A stretch of DNA of 64,000 bases, from the NCBI GenBank assembly GCA_002269645.1, contig NIVC01000350.1:496001-560000 (forward strand), read 5' to 3'. Every line of letters starts with the position of its first letter. The first letter of the stretch is position 1. Under the pieces are notes generated by a model. It searched no databases. It was not told where the DNA came from and saw nothing but the letters and a program-made list of their open reading frames with translations. The position numbers and the translations under genes were made by a program. Source of the stretch: Macrostomum lignano (taxonomy: Eukaryota). This document shows positions 1 to 11,021 of this stretch, one piece after another.

Positions 1-330
1 TGGGAGTCCCCTAGCCGTTTTATTGATGGGATTCCCCTAGCCATTTCATTTCTGGGAGTCCCCTAGCTGTTTTATTGATGGGATTCCCCTAGCCGTTTCA
101 CTTCTAGGATTCCCCTAGCTGTTTTATTGATGGGATTCCCCTAGCCGTTTCACTTCTAGGAGTCCCCTAGCTGTTTTATTGATGGGATTCCCCTAGCCGT
201 TTCACTACTAGGATTCCCCTAGCTGTTTCATTGCTGGGATTCCCCTAGCTGTTTTATTGCATGGATTCCACCAGCTGTTTCATTGCTGGGATTCCCCTAG
301 CTGTTATATGGCAGGGATCTCCCTAACTGT
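1..330. repeat. Minisatellite, ~26-29 bp units (GGGATTCCCCTAGCYGTTT...), two alternating subtypes; truncated by window start
   Basis: Recurring gggattcccctagc followed by cgtttcacttcta or tgttttattgat. Confidence 0.9.
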
Positions 331-1124
331 TATATATCAGGAATTACCCTAACATTCTCACTGCGGGGATTTTTTGTAACCGCCGTATGTCATAGCGGGA
401 ACTTCCTTGAATTTTTAAGCTTGACATTATTCAGACCTCTTTTGGTTCGTACCACAGCAATGATTCAATTAACCAGTATCTAAGTTAATGTTACCCAAGG
501 ATTTTTTTGTCGCATATCTAATCGTCATTAATAACTAATTTAAACTTATTCTTGCAAAAACAAAGAAGTATTTTTATTCAAGCGGTATTTTATCTGTACA
601 AAAGTTATTTTTCACTTTTTAAAAACTGAAAATCTCGATGACGTAACTGCATGCCATGCCATGCCTATCCAGTATTCTGAATAAGCCATTTTACTGGCTT
701 GCAGTGACTCACTACTTGGCGAAATACTCAGTGTTCAGTAAGAAATTAAAACGGCTATTTAGCTATTGTTGATGTTTAATATTATAAATATATAAACTTT
801 TCAAAACTGTTTTTACGGTAAAAATTAAATGAATCTCAAAAGCCCTACAGTTTTCATTAACTAGAATATATTTTATACGCAGCTATTTTGTATTCATCGT
901 TGGTTTTTATCCGTCTTTTTCACCCGTCGTACACAGAAATATGAACATACTCTTTATTTGCTTTGTTTCCTACTAATAGTAGGCTATCGTGAACGTTAAA
1001 TAAGCTACAATATAATGCGCATTGCAAATCGGTTGTGTGTTCGTCTGGCACTGTCTGCGCCAGTTCATATGCATGCAGTTGGACTTGTCTTTTGGCCTTG
1101 GTTTTTTTAATTTAATCTAAAGAT

Positions 1125-2432
1125 CGCTCCCGATTCCCTCTAGAGATCTTCCCGATTCCCTCTAGAGATCTTCCCGATTCCCTCTAGAGATCTCTTCCTG
1201 ATTCCCTCTAGAGATCTCTTCCTGATTCCCTCTAGAGATATCTTCCCGATTCCCTCTAGAGATCTCTTCCCGATTCCCTCTAGAGATCTCTTCCTGATTC
1301 CCTCTAGAGATCTCTTCCCGATTCTCTCTAAAGATCTCTTCCCGATTCCCTCTAGAGATCTCTCCCGATTCCCACTAGCGATTTCATCCCAATTCCCTCT
1401 TTAAATCTCTTCCCGATACCCTCTAGCGATCTCATCCCAATTTTTCTCAAGATATCTCTTCCCGATTCTCTCTATAGATCTCTTCCCAATTCCCTCTATA
1501 TATCTCTCCCAATTCCCTATAGAGATCTCTCTCAATTCCCTCTAGAGATCTCTTCCCGATTCCCTCGAGAGATCTCTGTCGATTCTCTCTATTGATCTCT
1601 TTCCAATTCTCTCTAGAGATCTCTCCCGATTTCCTCTAGCGATCTCATCCCAATTCCCTCTAGAGATCTCTTCCCGATTCTCTCTATAGATCTCTTCCCA
1701 ATTCCCTCTATATATCTCTCCCAATTCCCTATAGAGATCTCTCTCAATTCCCTCTAGAGATCTCTTCCCGATTCCCTCGAGAGATCTCTGTCGATTCTTT
1801 CTAGACATCACTCTTGCTTCTCCCTATTCCTTCTACAGATCGCTCCCGATTCCCTCTAGAGATCGCTCCCGATTCCCTCTAGAGATCGCTCCCGATTCCC
1901 TCTAAAGATCGCTCCCGATTCCCTCTAGAGATCGCTCCCGATTCCCTCTAGAGATCGCTCCCGATTCCCTCTAGAGATCGCTCCCGATTCCTTCTAGAGA
2001 TCGCTCCCGATTCCCTCTAAAGATCGCTCCCGATTCCCTCGAGCTCTAGAGATCGCTCCTGATTCCCTCAAGCTCTGGAGATCGCTCCTGATTCCCTCAA
2101 GCTCTGGAGATCGCTCCCGATTTCCTCAAGCTCTAGAGATCGCTCCCGATTCCCTCTAGAGATCGCTCCCGATTCCCTCTAGAGATCGCTCCCGATTCCC
2201 TCTAAAGATCTCTCCCGATTCCCTCTAGAGATCGCTCCCGATTCCCTCTAGAGATCGCTCCCGATTCCCTCTAGAGATCGCTCCCGATTCCCTCTAGAGA
2301 TCGCTCCCGATTCCCTCTAGAGATCGCTCCCGATTCCCTCTAGAGATCGCTCCCGATTCCCTCTAGAGATCGCTCCCGATTCCCTCTAGAGATCGCTCCC
2401 GATTCCCTCTAGAGATCGCTCCCGATTCCCTC
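1125..2432. repeat. Minisatellite, 23-bp unit GATCGCTCCCGATTCCCTCTAGA, with a degenerate 5' half containing a ~210-bp duplicated block
   Basis: Unit starts at 1861 and 1884 are 23 bp apart; the variant cgagagatctctgtcgattct occurs at ~1566 and ~1778. Confidence 0.95.
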
Positions 2433-2935
2433 GAGATCATTCTAAATGTCATTTGAGAAATATGCCGATACCTTCTAATAACTACAGAAATAACCTTAGG
2501 TAGCCTTAGATCTACTACGTATGTATAATCTAAGTACTATATTTGTTCTGTTTAATTGAATTAGCAAAATCACATGAGCTTTTTAAAGTTGATATAACTG
2601 TCTTGTTAATACTCTTAGTAATCAATGTACTTTTATTTACTCTAGTATTATTACTGGCAAATACTCGTAGTTCCAACTGCCCTTCTGTGTTTCCCTTCGC
2701 CGTCAATAATCGCCGTAACCCAATAGCGGTGTTTCTTCCGGAAGCAGATTCCCGCTCCTCGGGGAAATGGAAATGAATGAAGGCTTTCACAACGCCCAGC
2801 TAATCTCCCATTGTGCTGCTCACGCGCGCAGTTTGTTCCGCATAGGGGAAACCAAGTTGATATTTTTTAATCAAGTTGGCGAGATTGAAGAGGATAATGA
2901 CGGGATGAGGCCACTGCTTTCGAGAGCCTACAGGC

Positions 2936-3245
2936 GGGCTGTAGCCCAGTGGTTTGAGCGCCGGACTCACAACTTGAAGGTCGGGGGTTCGATTCTCTTC
3001 ACTGGAACAATTTGTGTCCTTGAGAGCGAGACACTTAACTCTGCATTGCTTCAGTTCACCCAGCTGTAGGTCGTAGAATGGGTGCCAGCATTAGCTGGGG
3101 TGATTGAGGGTGTGTGGCGACCCCCAGTCCTTGGACTGAACAGCCGTACGCAGCCTCAGATGCGCCGCGCCATAGCTGCGGCTGAGCTGTCGGTTGCACA
3201 TCTGGCCATTAGGGCAGGTGTAATCAATTATTATTATTATTATTA
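2936..3245 (+). mobile_element. tRNA-derived (Val-CAC-like) SINE with MIR/CORE-like central domain and (ATT)n tail, copy 1
   Basis: A-box gtagcccagtggtt, CT-CAC-AA loop, B-box ggttcgatt. Core tgtgtccttgagagcgagacacttaac...cttcagttcacccagctgt resembles the MIR CORE. A close second copy lies at 50775-51074. Confidence 0.85.
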
Positions 3246-3254
3246 AGTATGCAT

Positions 3255-3752
3255 TTCTATTGTAGTAACTTCGAAGCCAGGTCGCTTCCATCTGTCGCCA
3301 TCTAGGCTAGCTCATTAATTTGAATTGATGACATAAATTTGTATCACATATTCTTAAGACTTACATTAAGTCTGATAAGAAGCAGTTATGATGTAATCGA
3401 TCTCTCAGTCAGTCAATATCCATCTTCAGCTAAAACCAAGTCCAAGTTGCAATGCAATCTTGTGATTTGCTTTTAAATTGTGTTTTCCACATTGTGACGC
3501 AATTCAAGTCGGAGTCACAATTCAGTCAGTCAACTGACGAATCAGAAGCACAACATTTACAATGAATTTTAAGTCGAAAATTCAGCTTGGCCTTTAAAAA
3601 TGTCTGTTTTTTGAGCAATTTCTTAGCCACGACACATGTACCGTCACGGGAAGATTTTTGATCGAACGGTGCAAGTTTGATGAAAATCAGTTGAGGCGTT
3701 TTTTAAAAATCAATCATATAGATACCTAGATAGAGGCAGCTCATTTTTAGTA
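3255..3752 (-). mobile_element. Diverged fragment of the Helitron family seen at 11-18 kb
   Basis: agcaatttcttagccacgacacatgtaccgtcacgggaagatttttgatcgaacggtgcaagtttgatgaaaatc aligns with 14313-14390; tgtgacgcaattcaa, aagcagttatga and tctaggctagctc are also shared. Confidence 0.75.
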
Positions 3753-4126
3753 CAGCCCGTATGTTGTGTGAGTGAACTGAGACTGAGCCTACTACAGTTG
3801 TCGGAAAACAAGGCGGGGGGGGGGCGACGCCAGGTTCTGGTTCTAAGCCTCCTTGACAACGCACCCGACCTCCAATTGGTGAAGTGGCTGTCCCGCCATA
3901 TGCCGCAGGAATCTGAACAGGAGGAAGATTGGGAGATTCCTGAGTTTTTCGGTCAAAGGGAGGGAGGGGAGCAGAGCCCAGGGTGCATGGAGACAGAAGG
4001 TTCAACCAGTCAGAAACTTTCTGCCTAGGCTGCCCATGTTTGCATAGCTTCTAAGCAGAGAGAGTGAGTGAGTATCCAGTTATAATTCCACGACTCTGCA
4101 TCAATCGATGAGTTTAAATTTTGGCG

Positions 4127-7100
4127 ATGCCCTGCCAGCGAAGACGATGGCGCCAGCGCAGCCTCATCTGCTGCCTGGTGGCGAGTCTGGCGCTGTCAGC
4201 CGGCGCCCTTCTGATGCTGCTGCAGTCCACCGGTGCGTCTGTACCGGCCGAACTCCGGTTGCCACCCTTGGCTGCTCCAGTAACCTGGCCTACAGAGACC
4301 GCTGCACCCGCCACCTCCATCGTGCGATCCCAGACTCGCGCCGCGGCGAGTTTTCCTAGAATCCTGCATCAATTCTACGAAACAGACCAAGTTCCAACTG
4401 TCTACATAAAGTACATCAAATCCTGTTCTATCGTTCTGAATCATTCGTACGCGCTTTGGACAGACAAGGACGTGATTAAACTGATTGAGGATCATTATCC
4501 CCAGTTGAACAGCACCTACATGAGCTACCGACAGCCGTTGCAGCGGGCCGACTTTGGTCGCTACTTGGTGATTCGACACTTTGGAGGTTAGCAACAATGT
4601 TTGCCGCCCGGGTTAATGAAGGCCAACATTTCTCTTTTTATTTTCCGCATTGATGCTGAAATAAGCTAGATTCTGTATTTCAGGCTAGGCCTTTGTGTCA
4701 GAACGTGTGTCATGATGCATCAAATTTCTTTTTTGGCATCCTGAATTTGGATTCCGGATGCTTGGAATTTAAGTGTTGTATTTGGGTCCATGAGAAATGC
4801 CCGCAGACGAATTGCCCGCCGAGCTTTTCCCGCCGAGCTTTGCCCGCCGAGCTTTTCCCGCCGAGCTTTTCCCGCCGAGGTTTGCCGGCCGAGCTTTTCC
4901 CGCCGAGCTTTTCCCGCCGAGCTTTTCCCACCGAGGTTTGCCCGCCGAGCTTTTCCCGCCGAGCTTTTCCCGCCGAGCTTTTCCCGCCGAGCTTTTCCCG
5001 CCGAGGTTTATCCGCTGAGGTTTGCCCGCCGAGCTTTTCCCGCCGAGCTTTTCCCGCCGAGCTTTTCCCGCCGAGGTTTACCCGCCGAGCTTTTCCCGCC
5101 GAGGTTTACCCGCTGAGGTTTGCCCGCCGAGCTTTTCCCGCCGAGGTTTGCCCGCCGAGCTTTTCCCGCCGAGCTTTTCCCGCCGAGCTTTTCCCGCCAA
5201 GGTTTGCCCGCCGAGCTTTTCCCGCCGAGCTTTTCCCGCCGAGCTTTTCCCGCCGAGCTTTTCCCGCCGAGGTTTGCCCGCCGAGCTTTTCCCGCCGAGG
5301 TTCGCTTGCAAGGCTTTTTTACTGCAGCGCATTTTGCCATGCGGCAGATTCTGTCTGCATTGCCCTCCAATGCTTAGTAAGTCTTAATAAAGAGATTTAC
5401 CCGATCAACAGTTTTGATAGTAACTGCATATCAAATTCATATTTTTCTTGTCGGTATTCAGTTCTGTATAAATGCAGGGCCCCAGGGGTACATCGTTGAG
5501 CTATTATAGTTCATGCATATGCCTTGTCGCTTTATCCCCCAAATCTCTTTATTAAGACTTACGCGGTACTCAGCATTGGGGAGGCAATGCAGACAGAATC
5601 TAGCGGGAAAAATGCGCTGCAGTAAAAAAGCCTTGCGGGCAAACCTCGGCGGGAAAATCTCGGCGGGCAAATCTCGGCGAGCAAATCTCTTGCTCCCGTT
5701 GTGGTTAAACTTTTTTAAACTCCAGAACACGTTTAAGTTTCCATCCCGAAAACAGCAGTGATCAAGTTTTCTCTGATCTCAGCCCTAAGTGACGCAAATC
5801 ACACCATAACACCAGCGGTTCTCGTCTCAACTGTGGGCGATGCAATTTGCATTACAAGACTCTCTGGCTTAGGCTGCACTCACCATAGCAGTGGTCAAGG
5901 ACCAATGGCACCAATGGTGCCCCATGGCTACGAAGAGGTAAAGCGGAAAGGAAGCGAAAGAAGACAAAAGGAGAGAATGGAAGGAGAACAAGACAAGGAA
6001 AAGAGAAGTCTAACAAACTCATCAAGGTGGTCATTGAGACACCTGGCTCTTGAAAATAGATGGCTTGATCCAAGGATTAGCTAGTGCTTCCATAATTTGC
6101 AGTATGCTCTGCTCTAGAGCAAGGAAGATTAAATGAGAAGCTGTGCTGTTTGCTGTTCGAGCGAAGACCATTAGTGCGACTGTGAAGCAAACAGAGGGAG
6201 AAGCCACTGGAGCTTTGACTGCGCAGAAGCAAAAGCCAGTCCACCAACAGTTCCGCCAGTGCTAAGGCTATATGTAACTTTGAAGGGCTCACCAATGATC
6301 CTGCCAGCCTTCTGCTGGACACGGTTCAATAAACTAAGATGGTGTTAAAGGATAATTGTCGATAAACTGATGAATCCACCTCAGACCAAACACATTCCAG
6401 CTTCAAAATGTAGATTTCCCATCTTGCTAATTGTGTCTTTAAATACTTGTAGATAGTATAGTAGTACACCATTGTTACGTCATGACACAAGCTTAACTTC
6501 TAACGGTCCCTAAAGTAGTGACGCAAGCAGCTTAACCTTCAGGCGATATTACATAGCTAAAGTAAACTGTCTGTCCGTAATACGCCTCAGTAGATAATGA
6601 GGAAGTCCCTTTAAGGACTACAAAATGCTATCAAACATCGAAAGTCAAGCGAAATTCTACCAAGGACTCCTTAAGTTCCAGTTCTGTAGTCCTATGCCGT
6701 GGTTCTTGAACTACAAGAGAACCCTGACTACTCTTTCACATTCATTTATTTTACTAGACTGATTGATCCAAAACGAGATTTTCGCGTGTAAAAAGCCCCA
6801 TTTTTTCTTTATTGCTCCGGTAGAATCATAAAAATTTGGAAACAATTGTTTAGAGAACACAGAAATTTAGCTTGTAGCTTTTTTCAGAGGTGAAACATGA
6901 AACAAACGAGCTAGATTTCACCTGAGCGTCATCATTTCGGTGCTTAACGTTTTGAAAGATCGTTTTGAGGATACCCTTGAAACAGACCTAATATTTATGC
7001 ATTCAATCTCACTTCGACTGAAAGTCACGTAGCTTAAGCTTCACATCGCTTAAACTTCACGTAGCTTAAGCTTCACATCGCTTAAGCTTCAAATCGCTTA

Positions 7101-9407
7101 AACTTCACGTAGCTTAAGCTTTACATCGCTTAAACTTCACATAGCTTAAGCTTCACATAGCTTAAGCTTCACATCGCTTAAACTTTACGTAGCTTAAGTT
7201 TCACGACATGAAATTTCGGTCCTAATGAAATCCCCTTGGCTCAACAGGCCTGTACATGGACATGGATGTGGAATGCATCCGGCCGGTAGACCAGCTGGTG
7301 CAGACCGCCAAAGGCTGCTTTCTAGATAGGGAGCGCTGGGAGCAGACGGCCATTCTGTACAACATACCGCTGGCCGCTATGAACTCAGTGATGGGCTGCA
7401 CACCCGGCCATCCCTTCTTTGTCCACCTGGTGGAGACGTTGCGATATTTTCCGCGCAGGACAGGTGAGCGACGCTTGATAATTTCCTAAGCCTATTGGTA
7501 GGATTTGAAGTCAAATGGTCGATTTCCTAGGTCTCCTAAGTCAACTGAGATTTTTCCAAAACCTACTGATAGATTCTCGTAACACTGGTAGATTTCCGAG
7601 GTAAGATGGCGACTTTCCTAGATGAAATGTTAGATTTACTAGGTTAAATAGTATATTTCCTATGTAAATTATAGATTTCCTAGGTCAAATGGTAGATTTT
7701 CTAGGTTAAGTAGTATATTTCCCAGGTTAAATAGCAGATCTCCTAGGTGAAATGGTAGATTTCCTAGGTAAAATGGTAGATTTCCTAGGTGAAACGGTAG
7801 ATTTCCTAGGTGAAACGGTAGATTTTCTAAGTGAACTGGTAGATTTCCTAGGTGAATTGATAGGTTTCCTAGGTGAAACAGTAGATTTCCTTGGTAAAAT
7901 AGTAGTTTTCCTTAAAAAAAATGGTAGATTTCCTAGGTTAAGTAGTAGATTTCCTAGGTGAAATGCTAGATCTCCTAGGTCCGATCTTAAATGCTCCCGG
8001 GATCACCTCCCACTGAATCTCCCAGTTCAAATCAAGCCAATTATCATCGTGGATTTCCCAATAATTCATAACCGACAACTCAGGCCAGTACTCCGAAATC
8101 GTCAGATCCACTGGACCGCTGGCGCTCACGGAAATCCTGCAGAAATTTGTTGCTAACCAGGGCCCGACTTCGGCTCCGGTCATCCTGCCATCCGAGGCAT
8201 TTTCGCCATTCATTGACAACCTGGCCAGGTTCCGCAATCACTGCGGTGAGTCCATTTCTAGCAGCGCGTTGGATGGAAACTTTTTAGGCCTGGGTGGGTC
8301 CACTCAGGCCTCATAGTCTTGTGCCACACTTCCTTCTCCCCAGTGCTCATTGCTGGACTATTAAGGACTGCATTATAATGGCTTAGCAAACTCAATTAAC
8401 TAGTAGGGAATCAATTAGTAATGCAGGAGCACGGCTCCCAGGAAAGGTAATGAGAGAGGAAACAAAGACAGGTGAGAACTACAGTAGTGGCAGCAGCGTT
8501 AATGCTTCTCTAAAGGCAGTCACGCAGTTTATTATTGGAGTAGCTACCGCTAGAGTGCCATCGGACCCCGCCTCATGTGGTTTATGACTGGAGTAGCTAC
8601 CGCTAGAGTTCCACCGGACCCCGCCTCATGTGGTTTATGACTGGAGTAGCTACCGCTAGAGTGCCATCGGACCCCGCCTCATGTGGTTTATGACTGGAGT
8701 AGCTACCGCTAGAGTTCCACTGGACCCCGCCTCATGTGGTTTATGACTGGAGTAGCTACCGCTAGAGTGCCACCGGACCCCGCCTCATATGGTTTATGAC
8801 TGGAGTAGCTACCGCTAGAGTGCCACCGGACCCCGCCTCATGTGGTTTATGACTGGAGTAGCTACCGCTAGAGTGCCACCGAACCCGCCTCATATGGTTT
8901 ATGACTGGAGTAGCTACCGCTAGAGTTCCACCGGACTCCGCCTCATATGGTTTATGACTGGAGTAGCTACCGCTAGAGTTCCACCGGACTCCGCCTCATA
9001 TGGTTTATGACTGGAGTAGCTACCGCTAGAGTGCCACCGAACCCGCCTCATATGGTTTATGACTGGAGTAGCTACCGCTAGAGTGCCACCGGACCCCGCC
9101 TCGCGCAGGTCGCTACCGCAGCCTGCTGCCCAGCCTCGGTCCAGCCGATCTTCAGGAACTCTCCCTGAAGTTGAAAGCCTGCGATTCGCTGAGCTCCGGT
9201 GACTTCGCCGATGATCCGAGTCTTCGGCCGCAGGTCCTGCTGCCCAGTACCTACGGGGTGCACCGCTTCCTGCACCTCGGCTACCAGAGCGATAGGCGCG
9301 GAGCCCGGGTCCCACTGCAGTCGGTGACTGGCATCGGCAGGGTGCTGCGCTACTCCAAAGATGCTCGCCGGATCGCCCAGCTGGCTTTTGGCGGCTCTGA
9401 CTCATGA
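4127..9407 (+). CDS. GT32-family DXD glycosyltransferase (SUR1/OCH1-like, Gly_transf_sug), type II membrane protein; exons 4127-4586, 7248-7463, 8084-8245, 9109-9407
   Basis: N-terminal TM segment; motifs PRILHQ, LWTD, QRADFGRYLVIRHFGG|LYMDMDVEC (DXD), NSVMGCTPGHPFF, STGP. All three introns are GT-AG, phase 1, and splice in frame. First ATG is 4127 (4121 is TTG). Confidence 0.85.
4785..5697. mobile_element. Foldback/MITE-like element with inverted arms; the left arm carries an expanded 14-bp array (GAGCTTTTCCCGCC)
   Basis: ~5270-5398 is the reverse complement of 5541-~5680 (gcaaggcttttttactgcagcgcatttt...gtaagtcttaataaagagattt); spacer ~140 bp; array 4810-5300. Confidence 0.75.
5735..5876 (+). 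repeat. Unclassified ~140-bp dispersed repeat, copy 1 (inverted copy at 23300-23445)
   Basis: Shared cccgaaaa..cagtg.tcaa...gatctcag..c..agtgac.caa.tcacacca..acacc.gcggttct.gtctcaactgtgggcgat. Confidence 0.75.
6040..6420 (-). mobile_element. Degenerate 3' end of a CR1/L2-like LINE ORF2
   Basis: Minus-strand translation HLSLLNRVQQKAGRIIG, then in a shifted frame RTNGLRSNSKQHSFSFNLPCSR, resembles CR1/L2 C-termini; frameshifted. Confidence 0.45.
7022..7200. repeat. 16-bp minisatellite (GCTTAAGCTTCACATC / GCTTAAACTTCACGTA) just upstream of the exon 2 acceptor
   Basis: About 11 units containing the palindrome AGCTTAAGCT. Confidence 0.9.
7500..7982. repeat. 21-bp minisatellite GGTAGATTTCCTAGGTGAAAT filling most of GT32 intron 2
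   Basis: Recurring gatttcctaggt; the in-frame VDFLGET 7-aa periodicity in the ORF track confirms 21 bp. Confidence 0.9.
8537..9100. repeat. 53-bp tandem repeat (~10.6 copies) in GT32 intron 3, abutting the 3' splice site
   Basis: ggagtagctaccgctagagtgccaccggaccccgcctcatgtggtttatgact; starts at 8537 and 8590. Confidence 0.95.
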
Positions 9408-10460
9408 CTCCTCTGACTCATGATCCCCTGAGTCATGCCTCCCCTGACTCATGACTCCCCTGAGTTCCTTGAGTCCTCTGTCTCATGAATTCCCTGACTC
9501 ATGACTTCCCTGACTCATGACTTCCCTGACTCATGACTTCCCTGACTCATGACTTCCCTGACTCATGACTTCCCTGACTCATGACTTCCCTGAGTTTCTT
9601 GAGTCCTCTGACTCATGACTTCCCTGACTCACGTCTCCCTGAGTCCCTAGAGTCCCCGACTCATGACTCCTCTGACTCATGACTCCTCTGACTCATGACT
9701 CCCCTGACTCATGACTCCTCTGACTCACGACTCCCCTGACTCATGACTCCTCTGACTCATGACTCCCCTGACTCATGACTCCTCTGACTCATGACTCCCC
9801 TGACTCATGACTCCTCTGACTCATGACTCCTCTGACTCATGACTCCCCTGACTCATGACTCCTCTGACTCATGACTCCCCTGACTCATGACTCCTCTGAC
9901 TCATGACTCCCCTGACTCATGACTCCTCTGACTCATGACTCCCCTGACTCATGACTCCCCTGACTCATGACTCCCCTGACTCATGACTCCTCTGACTCAT
10001 GACTCCCCTGACTCATGACTCCCCTGACTCATGACTTCCCTGAGTTCTTTGTGTCCACTGACTCATGACTCCTCTGACTCATGACTCCCCTGACTCATGA
10101 CTCCTCTGACTCATGACTCCCCTGACTCATGACTCCTCTGACTCATGACTCCTCTGACTCATGACTCCCCTGACTCATGACTCCTCTGACTCATGACTCC
10201 CCTGACTCATGACTCCTCTGACTCATGACTCCTCTGACTCATGACTCCTCTGACTCATGACTCCCCTGACTCATGACTCCCCTGACTCATGACTCCTCTG
10301 ACTCATGACTCCTCTGACTCATGACTCCTCTGACTCATGACTCCCCTGACTCATGACTCCTCTGACTCATGACTCCCCTGACTCATGACTCCCCTGACTC
10401 ATGACTTCCCTGAGTTCTTTGTGTCCACTGACTCATGACTCCCCTGAGTCATGACCCCGG
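9395..10460. repeat. 16-bp minisatellite TCATGACTCCTCTGAC (~65 copies) beginning inside the last codons of the GT32 gene
   Basis: Unit starts at 9661 and 9677; the stop TGA at 9405-9407 is in repeat register. Confidence 0.95.
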
Positions 10461-11021
10461 AGTTCCGTGAGTCCACTAACTTCCCCCGATTTGCTCTAAA
10501 TTTTCCTGACTTCTCCCAACTCTTCCAACTCCCCTGACTCATGAATGCTGACTCTCTCAGTGAAGTTCAATTTCTTCGGCTAATTTCAGACATGGAGTTT
10601 TGCTCGATGTGTCGCTAAGACTTTCCGCGAAATGTAATTCCTTGTTTGAGCACAAAATTAGTTCATAAAATTTGGATAACTTTTATAAATCTGTCTAAAT
10701 GTTTGGCGACTGAGTTGATGCTGCATCCAGCGATTGAGTAAGATGGTGAATAATAGAGTTGGTGTGCTCACAACCTACTCCAGAACCAATGCCTGAGAAG
10801 GAATTCACTTCAGTGCAAAGTTCCTCTATACCCCCTTCTGTGCTCTTTTGTTGGCTGTGTTTTTTTCAGGCTGCCAGTTTTTAGAAGCCGAAAGAAAACC
10901 CAGTGGAAATGTTTGCCAACCTTCTCCTCTTTCTCACTTCCCTGTTTAACTACGGTTATATAGTCACCCTTTATTTTGCAGATGCCAGGTTTAGAAACCC
11001 ACTAGCAATCTAGTGCGGCCC

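Noticed and set aside
3768-4028. 86-aa ORF upstream of the GT32 gene
   Set aside because: No recognisable motif or splice context; short enough to be chance
8537-9100. Regular 53-bp (and 73-bp at 59.9-60.4 kb) repeats as possible CRISPR arrays
   Set aside because: The units are contiguous with no unique spacers, there are no cas genes, and the context is eukaryotic and intronic
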